A stretch of DNA of 63,827 nucleotides, the filler included, from Chiloscyllium plagiosum (lineage: Eukaryota): assembly GCF_004010195.1 (NCBI RefSeq). It is 3 parts of one record of this genome, joined end to end, with 100 filler letters (N's around TTAATTAATTAA, not from the genome) between each part and the next. Parts side by side here need not be neighbours in the genome. Positions count along the whole stretch, not along the records: positions 20,626 to 46,832 come from NC_057717.1; 2 more parts are not named here. One strand, 5' to 3'. The position numbers and the translations under genes were made by a program. Below, one piece after another: positions 26,100 through 37,809 of the stretch (the first letter of the stretch is position 1; each line of letters opens with the position of its first letter). The notes beneath the pieces were generated by a model. That model did no database searches. It saw only the letters and a list, made by a program, of their open reading frames with translations, and had not been told where the DNA came from.

Positions 26100-26560
26100 T
26101 CTCAATGAATGCCAGCCCGATTCTCCCACCCATCATGAATGGAGGTACTCACCGTCGCCAGGATGTCCCGAGATATTCCGTGTTCCCTGGCACTGGTGCC
26201 ATCTTTAAAAGGCCAAGGGGCACACGGCTGAGCTTTCTCAGTTTGGAGCTGCCCTGTACAGTTTACCACGAGCATGGCACATAAGGGACAATTATACCAT
26301 AGTTTGTTGACTGAGTATGGTGTGCATAGTGGATGGGCTAGTACAGAGGGGAACTATTCCCTTCCCAGAGGGGCCCATACCCCCAGACACACCGAGCATG
26401 GTAGGTGCTCACCACCCAACTCGGTGCAGCATCTGCAGTCTGAAGAAATGTCCAGAAATACAGGGCAAGCATTAATAACCTTCCCCGCTCTGTCAGGGTA
26501 AGGAACACCGTATTCTCTCTGCTCCCTCACACTCACGGTATATCTGTTACAGCACGAACA
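26100..26560 (+). mobile_element. Probable Harbinger-type transposon remnant (Myb/SANT-like exon)
   Basis: ATG at 26274. Degraded ..LGAASAV*RNVQKYRASINNLPRSVR followed by GTAAG resembles the third helix of Myb/SANT-like (trihelix) proteins of Harbinger elements. From recall only. Confidence 0.4.
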
Positions 26561-26603
26561 AGGCTCATGCTCCATCACTCAAACTGCCACATGTAGCAGC
26601 ATT

Positions 26604-26604
<1 letters not shown>

Positions 26605-26665
<61 letters not shown>
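26605..26665. repeat. (CT)n microsatellite
   Basis: About 30 uninterrupted CT units. Confidence 0.98.
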
Positions 26666-26667
<2 letters not shown>

Positions 26668-27349
26668 CTTTGCAATACCACCACACAGAGAATATTCTGG
26701 AGAATGTTCCAGATAATGTTCCAAATAATGCCCAGTTTCAGGAAAATGGCAGTGCCCCAGTGTGTAACACATAAGAGGAAGGAGGAGAGATGCATGTTTT
26801 CCAAATCACACACATTTCAAACCATGTTGAGGCCATTCAGCCCTTCAAACATGCTCTAGTATTTAATAAGGTCCCGGCTGATCTGATGGTTTTCTCAGCT
26901 CCATGTTACAGGAACTTTCAGTCATTCAATCCTCTGGGTTCCTGTCGCTGTCCAGACGACACTCAGGCGCGTTTACCCCAGTTTTCTTCAAGCGCCTGTT
27001 TCAGGGCATTTCCCATGGAACGCACTCTCCTAACAGTATACTCCATCAGCTATATACTTTCATGCAACATTCAGCATGCTTTACACAGACCAAACAAAAA
27101 TCTACACTTATTTTATGGTTCTAGATATCCAATCAGACTTAGTAATTCTGGTTATTTCACTTGACTCACCTTAATGATATTAAAACAAAAACAGCTTCTA
27201 AACACGTCTTGTTATGAAGTACGACTTCGAGCAGAGAACGTTTTTACCTCCAGACGTTACCTTGACCGTTATTTGAATTGTACCACTTTCCTTGTTATGA
27301 ATGTTTCTCTTGCCCTCTCTGTGTGACTGTTTCTGTCTGTAACAGTTAC

Positions 27350-27532
27350 ACAGTCTCCGACTCAGTTGGCTGGACGGCTGGTTTGTGATGTAGAGGGACG
27401 CCAACAGCGCAGGTTCAGTTCCTCACACTGATAGAGATTACCATAAAGGGGACGCTCTCTCAACCTCACGCCAACACCCGAGGTGTGGTGATCCTCAGGA
27501 TAAACCACCATGAGTGGTCTCTAATGAGAGTT
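27350..27532 (+). mobile_element. Second tRNA-derived SINE family
   Basis: A-box-like ctcagttgg and B-box-like ggttcagttcc. The 3' half (ctcaacctc..tcagg.aaaccacca) recurs at 59740-59868. Confidence 0.65.
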
Positions 27533-28192
27533 CTTTGGGATATCCAACACAACAGAATGCTCACAAAAATTAAGGATTATTTTTCCCATGTGCATCATTG
27601 TAAAGTTCCCTGGACAGACCCAGTAAAAGAGAAACCAGGTCCATCTCCAATTCAGTCCTCGACCCACTCTATCACACCTGACACACTGCTCTAATATAAA
27701 TGAAGCCTGCAGCAGAACCACAAGCAATGAGTAAGAGTGTCTGTAGTCATTCTGCATTTCGGACATGCTGAAGATAATACCACTTTGAATTTTGAGAGAT
27801 AATCTGGGGTCAGATAGACCCTATGAAGAATTTTCAACTGCATGGAATGGGTCCTATTACAGAACAAAATCCTTCGAGTATTTTCACTAATATCCACCCA
27901 TGTCTCCTAAGTGGCCTGAACTCCCAACTCTCTCTCGCAGACATCACAAAGCTGCACAGTCTTGTTTGAGAGAATACTCTCCAACTAATGATGAAGGGTA
28001 CTGACAGAAAGTGCATTCTAAGCAATAAGCACCCTCTTGTCTCAATCGGATCTGTCAGAGTCTGTTAAAAGTGTGTTTTTTTTAAATCAAATGTCAAATC
28101 TGGAAAAAAAACAGAAGAGGTCTCTACTAGACAGTCCATACGTACGAGTTATTTGATCAAATGACATCATTGTTACTCCCTCAAATAACACT

Positions 28193-28520
28193 TGTTGGCT
28201 CAGTGGTGAGCAATGCTGCCTCACAACACCAGGTTTCCGAATTTGGTTCCGGCCTTGGGTGACTGGTTGTGAGGAATTAACATATTCTCGCTGTGTCTGT
28301 GTGGTTTTCCTCCCACAGTCCAAAGATGAGCAGGTTAAATGACTTGATCATTGATAAATCACCCATAGTGTTCAGTGATGAGTAGGTTGGGTCATTAGTC
28401 AGGGTAAATATAGGATGGTACGGGAATGGGTTTGGGTGGGTTACTCTTCAGAGGGTCGAAGTGGACTTGTTGGGCCCAAGGGCTTGCATCTCCGCTGTAG
28501 GGATTCTACTAATTCTAAAT
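28193..28520 (+). mobile_element. HE1-like SINE within L1
   Basis: tggctcagtgg A-box, V-domain and CR1-like tail gggcccaagggc..ctgtagggattcta. Confidence 0.85.
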
Positions 28521-28557
28521 CACTCAAGCATGGTACATCCCTGGCTGCCCACAGTTT

Positions 28558-28813
28558 GAGATAAAAGGTAGGGAGGAGGGACTTGGGGAGGGGTGTTAGG
28601 AATGCGATAAGTGGAAAGAGATTAAGGTGAGGGTGATAGGTCGGAGATGGGATGGGGGCGGAGAGGTCGGGAAGAAGATTGCAGGTTAAGAAGGTGTTGC
28701 TGAGACCGAAACATCGATTCTCCTGCTCCTTGGATGCTGCCTGACCAGCTGCGCTTTTTCCAGCGACACATTTTTCAGCTCTGATCTCCAGCATCTGCAG
28801 TCATCACTTTCAC
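28558..28813. mobile_element. PLE insertion with internal inversion, within L1
   Basis: Purine-rich inverted segment followed by pLTR end (gaaacatcgattctcctgctcc..ccagcatctgcagtc). Flanking repeat ctgc(c/t)cacagttt at 28545-28557 and 28814-28826. Confidence 0.75.
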
Positions 28814-30303
28814 CTGCTCACAGTTTAAACCTGGAATCCATTATCCCCGGATGACAACCCGGTATACCAATTACAGGGGTAAGAAACATGGTTTAGTCTG
28901 TATTGCCCTCGATCTGACGCATTGTCATTCATGCTTTACCAGTATTGATAATGTTTGGGTATTGACAATACTCCATAAATATTATCATTTTGACTAAGAA
29001 CAACAAGGGTTCACTTTGCCTGAGAGGGTTCAATATCTAACTGTATTGACGCCGAATCCTCAGCGGCCGAAGCACGAGTGTCGGATAAAAAGAGTTTAAT
29101 TTATAGCTTTAATCTGGGAGATCTACTCCCCACAATCTGTGGGGTAGTTGCAATTTGCTTAGCTTGATAAAGAGTTGCTTATGATGCCAAATAAAATAGC
29201 TAAACCAGCCATTACGTCTCCTAAATACCTGTCTGGGAAACATCAAAGGAAGCATTCACACGGGGTACAGCAAATGTGGACGGACATTCATTTAATAAGA
29301 GTTATTCGACCTAGCCAGGATATTGGAAGTGTGTCCCATCTTTGAAGGTCTTGTTTATTTTTGTCAAACACATGGACATAGCTCACATTAAATAAATGAT
29401 CAAAGACGGCTGTAATAAATATACCAAAATAGGGAACCCCTCCCCTCCGCCCCCTTTCCGCCCCCCACCCCCACCCCCGCCGTGATCACTTAAAACGGAT
29501 TTGCCCTTAACATCAGGTATTTCCCTATGGTCGCCCATAGTCATGGCCTCCAACGTTGTAAAATTAATCTTATAGCCAAAAAAGGCGACAAGCGAATTAA
29601 TGCATTACATCACGTGAGCTGCCAAAATTGTGGGATTTGACAAAAACATAAGATCCTCATCTGTATCCAACATAAGCTTATGTGGCATCTATCCCACGTT
29701 TGGGCCAGGTATGTTGTGGTAATATTCTCAATTGTGCAGGTTGCCACCGAATCTAAGATTGTTGCAGGAATGGGGAAGAGAGCAACCCTCATGTGGCATT
29801 TCTGTGAGTTGAAGAAGAAAATAAAATCCCTACTTGTGAGGTAGATCTACCTCCAGACATCTAGTTCTGCACACAAATCCACTAATTGCTTATGTTATAA
29901 CGAGGGTATTGGGGAACCTTTGAACATTCTGCCCAACGTGGAGTCCATAAGACAGTTGAAATCTCCTACAACAATGTGCCACGATGCAAGATAACTTAAT
30001 GTGGAAAATGCAATTACCAGGATTTTAAGAGGGTGCACCGTGGGGCAATAAACATTCAAAATACTGTATTATTTCCCAAAGGTCAAGGCTTTGGGGATTA
30101 TGATCTTCCCGTGAGTGTCTAATACAATCTAGTAATTTAAATGGAAGATTCTTCCTACCGAGCATGGCTTCTCCCCTACTCCTAATATTAAAAGACGAGA
30201 AATAAACCCAATCAAACCCGCCCTGCTATAACGTCAAATGTTCCTTGTCATCAAGGTGCATCTCCTGCAATAGGACAACATTCACCCTCTCCTTTTTAAG
30301 ACG

Positions 30304-30617
30304 AGATTAGATTATATTACTTACAGTGTGGAAACAGGCCCTTCGGCCCAACAAGTCCACACCGACCAGCCGAAGCGTAACCCACCCAGACCCATTTCAT
30401 TTATCCCTTCACCTAACACTACGGGCAATTTAGCATGGTCAATTCACCTACCTGCACATTTTTGGATTGTTGGAGGAAACCGGAGCCCTCGGAGAAAACC
30501 CACGCAGACACGGGGAGAATGTACAAACTCCACACAGAGTCGCCTGAGGCGGGAATTGAACCCGGGTCTCTGGCGCTGTGAGGCAGCAGTGCTAACCACT
30601 GTGCCACCGTGCCGCCC
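30304..30617 (-). mobile_element. Young full-length HE1-like SINE in the L1 endonuclease
   Basis: Minus strand reads gggcggcacGGTGGCACAGTGG..GGGTTCAATTCCC (intact A/B boxes), V-domain, then gggccgaagggcctgtttccacactgta tail. CpGs retained. Confidence 0.95.
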
Positions 30618-32589
30618 ACTAAATATACTAGAAAGTATATTTTTCCTCTTGAATGGCAGATGGCTCCCCTTAATGTTCCAGGTACACCATTTTAGCACAT
30701 CATTGTCTATAACACACTGTAGCAAAATTTCAACTCTCAAGTTTCACATCGAATTACACATCGCTGTTCATAAATGAAAAACGACTCAGAGCCTAAAAAC
30801 TTTACAAACTAAAACTAATACAACTAACCAGCTCTCAAAACTTTCCAAAGCTAAACACGTAATAAAAAACAAAGAACGAAACAAAGTCCAGCGTGCCAAT
30901 GACAATTGATAGGGTAATTTACCCCCACACCAACCCCCACCCCAACCCCCCCCCCACTGGGGACGCTTACATATCCCAAAACTTTGTCTTCTGCCCGCTA
31001 CCAACATGGCATCCAGTGCCATTAAAAACAAAAATTAGTATTGAAGTGCCCTTAGGTGGGTATTTAGTCATCACAACCACATTTGTAACTCCCTCCAGCC
31101 GCATCTCAGACACAAGCAAAGAAAGAGAAAATTAGTAGTAATATTAATGAAGAAGTTAAAATTGAGTACTCTGCCCATTCCCGACTATAATNNNNNNNNN
31201 NNNNNNNNNNNNNNNNNNNNNNNNNNNNNNNNNNNNNNNNNNNNGATTTTCTTTCCTGAATCAGCACCACTGAAATGTCCTGAAAGATCATAATCCTGGA
31301 GCGCCCATGAATTAAAGCCATCGGACCCTTCCCCTGGGTTCTGAAAGCTTCCATCAGTCTTTGTTTATCCCCACAACCATGGGACTGCACGAGGACAGGG
31401 CGAGGGCGCTGGTCTGAGTCTGACCTCTGCGCCATAAACTGATGTACTGTCTCAGTCTTCACCCGTCCATCTTCAGCATCGAAGTGAATGAATCACGGCA
31501 GCCAGTTCTCAAAAATACTCACTGGCTGACCACATGCCGTCTGGGCCAGCAGACCGACGATGTGAACATTCTTCAAGGTTCTCAAGGTCGTGATCTTGTT
31601 CAGTTAAGGTGTTTTTCAAGGGCGAGCATCCGCTCCATCGAGGAGTCAATTATGGTCTCTGCCACTACAGTTCGGTGCTCAAACTCTTCCGTGCTGTTTC
31701 CAAGGCTTTCAAGTCAGGTTTTTGGAGCACGGCTGAGAACGTGCTTACTGCTGAACTTTTCTTTAATAATGCCTTCAATCATTTCACATAACTTGGTGAA
31801 CTCAGTGACCAAGGCCTGGTGAGTAATTGGGTCTATTGAAGCAGCGGCGGCCTCAGGCATGCTCGATGCTTCTGACGGGTGCACCACGTGTTGGGACTTA
31901 CTCGATCCTTTCCTGCGTTTTGTTATTTCCACTTTACAAAACGGGATTAGTAAAGATTCTATAGCTCTTTTATTGTTGAATTTTAAGTAAATGGCTGGGA
32001 TGAAGTGGGTTAGAGAACCACTTTGCCCGTTCTGTGATGCAAAGCCCAGCAAAGCAAACCTTCCGGATCGTGGTCTTCTTGGATTCCCCCTTAAAATTTT
32101 ATCAATATTATAATTTCGTTTTGCGTTATTTTAGTGGATGTTCTGGAGCCGTGTCATTTGCTACCATTGTCTACATTTCCCCCCACACCACACATTCCTG
32201 CCAATCACCGATAATCCTCGACTCCGTTGTTATTTATGAAACTTCTGTCTGTGCATCAAAAATATTCAATATCTCTGCCTACAGCGCTCCGCGGGGAGAG
32301 AGATCGAAAGATCTACAATGCTGAAAAAAGAAAAATAAACCTCAAGACCTGAGATTGCGATAAGCTTTTCTTCATCTCCTTATGTGGGAAAGAATATAAT
32401 TATATTGGAAGCAGTTCGGAGATGATTCACTTCATGTATTCCAGGAATGATGGTCTTATATTATGAAGGCTTTAACAGGTTACTCTTGGAATGAGAGGTG
32501 ATCTTATTGAAGCATACAAGACCTAGAGGAGAGTGATCAGATAGATACCCACTGGGTATAGTCCAAATTTCTTGTCATTTTTATAGAAT

Positions 32590-32930
32590 GTCTACATTGT
32601 GGAAGCAGGATATCCCATCCAGCAAGTTCACACTGACCCTTCGAACAGCATCCTCCCGGACCTGCCGCCCCCACCCTATCCATGTAACCCTGCATTTCCC
32701 ATGACTAACCTACCTAACCTACACATCCCTGGGCACTATGGGATGACAAATCCACTTTAAGCTGCATATTTCTGGACTGTGGGAGGAAATTGGAGCATTG
32801 TCAGGATACCCACACAGATACCTGCATAGAGAATGCTCAAACTCCACACAGAGCGTCGCCCGAGGTTGGGATTGAACCCAGCTCCTTGGTAATAGGAGGT
32901 AGCAGTGCTAACCACAGATCCACCATGCGC
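32590..32930 (-). mobile_element. HE1-like SINE
   Basis: gggattgaaccca (reverse B-box), aaactccacacaga and tail. Confidence 0.85.
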
Positions 32931-33429
32931 ATCCGTTAGCTCTATTAGTTATTTGTGGCTGACTAAAGAAATCTGTCTGACTTGTTCCCATCACTGAACC
33001 TGATCCAGTCTGAGACCTTTATCATTGGCCATATCACCAACCTGGTTACATTTAAAATTTGTTGCGAGCAGTCGAGGAGTGTGACTAGAAAAGGAAACAG
33101 TGACACCCTCCAAACTCATTCAGAATAGGAATTAGAAAAAATCACCAAGTGGGAATTCATTCAAGTGGGAATTCTCTTTCCCATAAATTTGTGATGGCTG
33201 AATCTTTATATTATATTGAGGCTGGCTTCATCTGGTTGTCCATAAACAGGTGAATCAGGGATAATAGTACATGGAGATAAAAGTGCAAATGGGATCACAA
33301 TGAGATGAGTCACGACCTTATTTACTGGTGGAAAAAAAGCAAATTACTGCGGATGCTTGAATCTGAAACCAATAGAAAAATTGCTGGAAAATATGAGCAG
33401 GTCTGGAAGCATCTGAAAGGAGAGAAAAG

Positions 33430-33468
33430 AGCTGACGTTTCGAGTCTAACTGACCCTTTGTCAAAGCT
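33430..33468 (-). ncRNA. Hammerhead motif, U3-A8 variant (left arm)
   Basis: Exact reverse complement of 33539-33577. Confidence 0.7.
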
Positions 33469-33538
33469 AAAACAAGGGGGAGACATAGGAGGTATTTATA
33501 CGAGGAAAAATATCTCCCCATTTCTCCCCTTCATTTTT

Positions 33539-33577
33539 AGCTTTGACAAAGGGTCAGTTAGACTCGAAACGTCAGCT
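33539..33577 (+). ncRNA. Hammerhead motif, U3-A8 variant (right arm)
   Basis: agct-TTGACAA-a-gggtc(agtta)gactc-GAAAC-GTC-agct: stem I agct/agct, 5-bp stem II, GUC triplet. Confidence 0.7.
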
Positions 33578-33959
33578 GTTTTCTCTCCTTACGGATGCTG
33601 CTGAGACTTTCCAGAATTTCCTCTTTTATTTTCTGGTGGAGTAGTTTCAAAGGACCGAATGGCCCACTAGTGTCCCTCAGCCCTGTATTCCATTCAGCCC
33701 TTCAGACCTGCTATACAAGGGCAGACGGAGGTCACTCCGATGGTTTGGTGTAGTTTTGGAAAATGTATTTGGAAAATTCAGGCTGGGTCAGGAAGCGACC
33801 CGACCCCCAATCCCTGTTTCCAGCTGTGCGTCATATTCCGCTAGGTATACAGCCCCCATGCCCCACCCGGGGTTAACTCAAACAAATCCTCTGGTCTCCC
33901 TGAATGCAACATTGCACAACACAGCTTCCGGGAAAACAACCAGTTACTTTCCAAAAGCA

Positions 33960-34863
33960 TAACATGCGAAATGAATAAATAGGAACAAGATTTGGCTATT
34001 CGGCCCCTCAGGTTTGCCCTGTCTTTTAATAAGAACATGGCTGATCTACTCCAGGGCTCAACTCCACGTTCTTGCCGACTCCGCGTATCCCTCCACATCT
34101 CTCTGGGTTATGGAATTCTGGACATTCACTACTTTCTGAGAGAAGACATCACTCTGTGTCTCAGATTCAAATCGATGTTCCATATTCGGTATCCATATCC
34201 TCGACTTTGAGACTCTACCCAGGAGTAGAAACAACTTGTCAATATCTGCCTTTTCAAGCCCCTTCTGTGTTTTGTATTTTTCAGCGGTATCGCTCCTCAT
34301 TCATTTAAACCCCAATGAATAATCGCCTCACCATCTTAGAGGTTCTCAATAATTCAAAATCGCCTCACCATCTTAGAGGTTCTCAATAATTCAACCCATT
34401 CAGCCCAGGAAGCCGCCTAATGAACCAACCTAGTTACTTGTTGCATCAGCATGCTGACTTAATGTTTCATATACAGGAATACTCCAATCCCTTTGTACTT
34501 CTCCTTTTCTGGAAGTTCATACCCTAAAATAACAGCCTGACTTTTGATTCTCAGAGTCATGCACAACCTCAGATGTGTATTACACTTAGCTCCCGCCGTC
34601 AGGCTATCAGTACAGAATGTAAATAACTGATGCCATTTGACTGATATTTGTGGTACTCCACCAGATACACCTTGATAATGAAGATCCATTAATCCTGACT
34701 CTCCGATTTCTATGTGTTAACCAATCATCATCCTACGAACTTCTGTCTTGTGTAAGAACTTTTATTCTGTAATACTTTGTGGAAAATCTCTGGAAAGCCT
34801 GATTTCTACCAGATCTCCTTTATCAAGTCCGCTTGTTACATTCTCAGGCATCTCCAGAAATAC
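33960..34863 (-). mobile_element. Old CR1 fragments with 37-bp tandem duplication (34321-34394)
   Basis: CR1 3' UTR (ggctattcggcccctc) and RT fragment near the gap. aatcgcctcaccatcttagaggttctcaataattcaa x2. Confidence 0.7.
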
Positions 34864-36021
34864 NNNNNNNNNNNNNNNNNNNNNNNNNNNNNNNNNNNNN
34901 NNNNNNNNNNNNNNNNNNNNNNNNNNNNNNNNNNNNNNNNNNNNNNNNNNNNNNNNNNNNNNNNNNNNNNNNNNNNNNNNNNNNNNNNNNNNNNNNNNNN
35001 NNNNNNNNNNNNNNNNNNNNNNNNNNNNNNNNNNNNNNNNNNNNNNNNNNNNNNNNNNNNNNNNNNNNNNNNNNNNNNNNNNNNNNNNNNNNNNNNNNNN
35101 NNNNNNNNNNNNNNNNNNNNNNNNNNNNNNNNNNNNNNNNNNNNNNNNNNNNNNNNNNNNNNNNNNNNNNNNNNNNNNNNNNNNNNNNNNNNNNNNNNNN
35201 NNNNNNNNNNNNNNNNNNNNNNNNNNNNNNNNNNNNNNNNNNNNNNNNNNNNNNNNNNNNNNNNNNNNNNNNNNNNNNNNNNNNNNNNNNNNNNNNNNNN
35301 NNNNNNNNNNNNNNNNNNNNNNNNNNNNNNNNNNNNNNNNNNNNNNNNNNNNNNNNNNNNNNNNNNNNNNNNNNNNNNNNNNNNNNNNNNNNNNNNNNNN
35401 NNNNNNNNNNNNNNNNNNNNNNNNNNNNNNNNNNNNNNNNNNNNNNNNNNNNNNNNNNNNNNNNNNNNNNNNNNNNNNNNNNNNNNNNNNNNNNNNNNNN
35501 NNNNNNNNNNNNNNNNNNNNNNNNNNNNNNNNNNNNNNNNNNNNNNNNNNNNNNNNNNNNNNNNNNNNNNNNNNNNNNNNNNNNNNNNNNNNNNNNNNNN
35601 NNNNNNNNNNNNNNNNNNNNNNNNNNNNNNNNNNNNNNNNNNNNNNNNNNNNNNNNNNNNNNNNNNNNNNNNNNNNNNAAACAGCAATGAGAAGCAAACA
35701 TTGATGGGATTTATATGTCAAAGTGAAAGCTGCAATACCAATGTCGGGCATGTTATAAAACAGGAAATGGGATCTATTCGTTTCTGTGTAATGCAGTAAT
35801 AATGTACTGTTAAAATTATATCTAAGCTGTGCTAACCCAACTGAATGCTAATGTTGGGAAAAATGGATTTAGTGAGCATGCGTGAGATGATTTGCATTAA
35901 CATTATTTCTAGCACCGAGATCAGGTTATTTAGGAATTGGTGTTGGATGATCAGAATAGCTAATTGAAAACTTTGCTGCAAATGACCTTTTGGAAACAGT
36001 GAACTCAACTTTTTATTTGAA

Positions 36022-36326
36022 ATTAGATTCACTACAGTACGGAAACAGGCCCTTCGGGCCAAAAAGTCCACTTCAACCCTCCAAAGAGTATTCCACCCAA
36101 ACCGGTGTCCCTCTAATTAATGCACCTAATGCTATGGGCAGTTTAATATGGCCAATTCACCTGACCTGCACATCTTTGGACTGTGGAGGGAACCGGAGTA
36201 TCCAGAGGAATCCCACGCAGACACGGGGATAATGTGTAAACTCCACGCAGACAGTCTCTCGAGACTGGAATCAAACCGGGGTCTTTGTTGTTGTTAGGCA
36301 GCAGTGCTCGACGATGAGCCGCCATG
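36022..36326 (-). mobile_element. HE1-like SINE
   Basis: ggaaacaggcccttcggg tail and cccacgcagacacgggga V-domain. Confidence 0.9.
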
Positions 36327-36454
36327 TTGTCTCTTTTGGTTTTCCGATATCCGAGTACACAGCAGTTTTTTTTTTGTTTTCTTTGAAGTAACAATTATGA
36401 ATCTGAGTCACACAAGCCATAAAGGTGTGAGGCGAAAGTAAATACTGCTAACGG

Positions 36455-37088
36455 TGGCGATCAGAGTCGAAGAATGTGGTGCTAGAAAAGCACAGCCGGT
36501 CAGCCAGCATATTAGCAGCATGAGAATCGATGTATCAGGCATAGGCCCTTCATCAGGAATGAGGCTTATGGGCCAAGTGGGCTGCGAGATAAATGTGAAG
36601 GGGGTGTGGTGGGTTGAAAGTGATAGGTGATGAAGGGAGACAGAACTCCTCATCTACTGCATCCATTAAACCCGATTTGATCTTCTCTACATCAGCAAGA
36701 CAGAACGTTAACTTGTGATCGTTTCAGAAACCATCTCTGGTACAGTCACACAGACCAACTTCACCACCTTGTGGTTGAACACTTTAACTCCTCCTCCCAC
36801 TCCACCAAGGACATGTAGGTCCTGGGCCTCCTCTATTGCCAAACCCGAACTACCTGAGTTATGGAGGAAGTACGCCTCATCGTCCACAATGGGACCCTCG
36901 AACCACACTGGACCAATGTGGATTTCACCAATTTCTCTATTTCCCCCCTCCCAATTCATGCCAATCCAACGTTTCAACTAGGCACCATCCTCTTGAATGT
37001 TCCTATGTGTCCATCTCCCTTCCCACCTATCCATTCCACCCTCCTCTCCGACCTATCACTTGCACACGCACCCCTCATCTACCTATTA
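36455..37088. mobile_element. PLE with inverted pLTR (minus ~36455-36640) joined to GIY-YIG endonuclease remnant (plus ~36645-37088)
   Basis: Plus strand LIYCIH..LLYISKTER..EHFNS..EEVRLIVHNGTLEPHWTNVDF. Minus strand attcCTGATGAagggcctatgcctGATACatcgatt (degenerate hammerhead, ~36524-36560). Confidence 0.8.
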
Positions 37089-37809
37089 GGTCAAAGGAAG
37101 CACCTGAGAAAAACGTCAGGCATTGTCGTAAACCAGTGGATTCACAGAAATGTAGGACCCAGCAAAGGAGGACAAAAATACTGAGAAAAACATCATAAAG
37201 AGAAAAAGCATGCAAACATAATAACAACATATAAATTGCTAAAAAGCTTCTATCAATGTGAAACAAAAATAAAAACAAGGTGAAATGTGGAACACTGAGT
37301 GTGCGGACAGCATAATCTATTATAAGGAACAGAGACGTTACAGGGAATAGATACAGTTTCTTACTGTCTGTCTTCATGGAAGAATATCCAGAAATTCTCC
37401 TAGAAATACCAAGTGACCATGGGACTTGTGTAAGTAAAGTCTAAGATCGTGCTTATCAGTGATGAGGTAGCATTTGAAAAGACAGCTGGATTGAGTTTTG
37501 AAAAATCAGACAGACCAGATTTACTACATACATAAATGTCAGTGGAAGGAGCAATGGTCATATTGGTTGCATTACGGATTTTCACATTATTTTCTGACAC
37601 ATTTCAGAAAGACAGGTAGCCAATCAGGATAAGGGACAGTTATAAATATTATCTGCCAGTTTAAAAAAGAATGAATATGGAGAGTGGTGAACTACAGGCC
37701 AGGTAACCTGTCATCTGAAGAACATTCCACTAGATATATAGAAGGTAATGGCAAAACTGGGGGGGGCGGGGTTAGATAATGCATCGTGAAAAGAAAACCG
37801 TAAATTCTG

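Larger units (their letters stand above)
27545..32050 (-). mobile_element. L1-clade LINE: ORF1, endonuclease, deleted RT, C-terminal Zn knuckle; hosts SINE and PLE insertions
   Basis: ORF1 RPRPVLVQ..IMIFQDIS. EN start WCTWNIKG..LLQEMHL. YADD-equivalent HKLMLDTDEDLMFLSNP at ~29660. C-terminal CPKC..LTHCLWFC. Confidence 0.85.
33333..33625. mobile_element. Palindromic non-coding PLE-derived element with two hammerheads, inserted in a CR1 3' UTR
   Basis: Inverted arms ~33408-33472 and 33535-33599. Flanking direct repeat ttattt(a/t)ctggtgga at 33318-33332 and 33626-33640. Confidence 0.8.

Noticed and set aside
30540..30617. tRNA gene suggested by intact A and B boxes
   Set aside because: It continues into the V-domain and CR1-derived tail, so it is a SINE head.
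4503..35799. Long ORFs made mostly of X (4503-5204, 9252-10125, 34748-35799)
   Set aside because: They only span assembly gaps (N runs).
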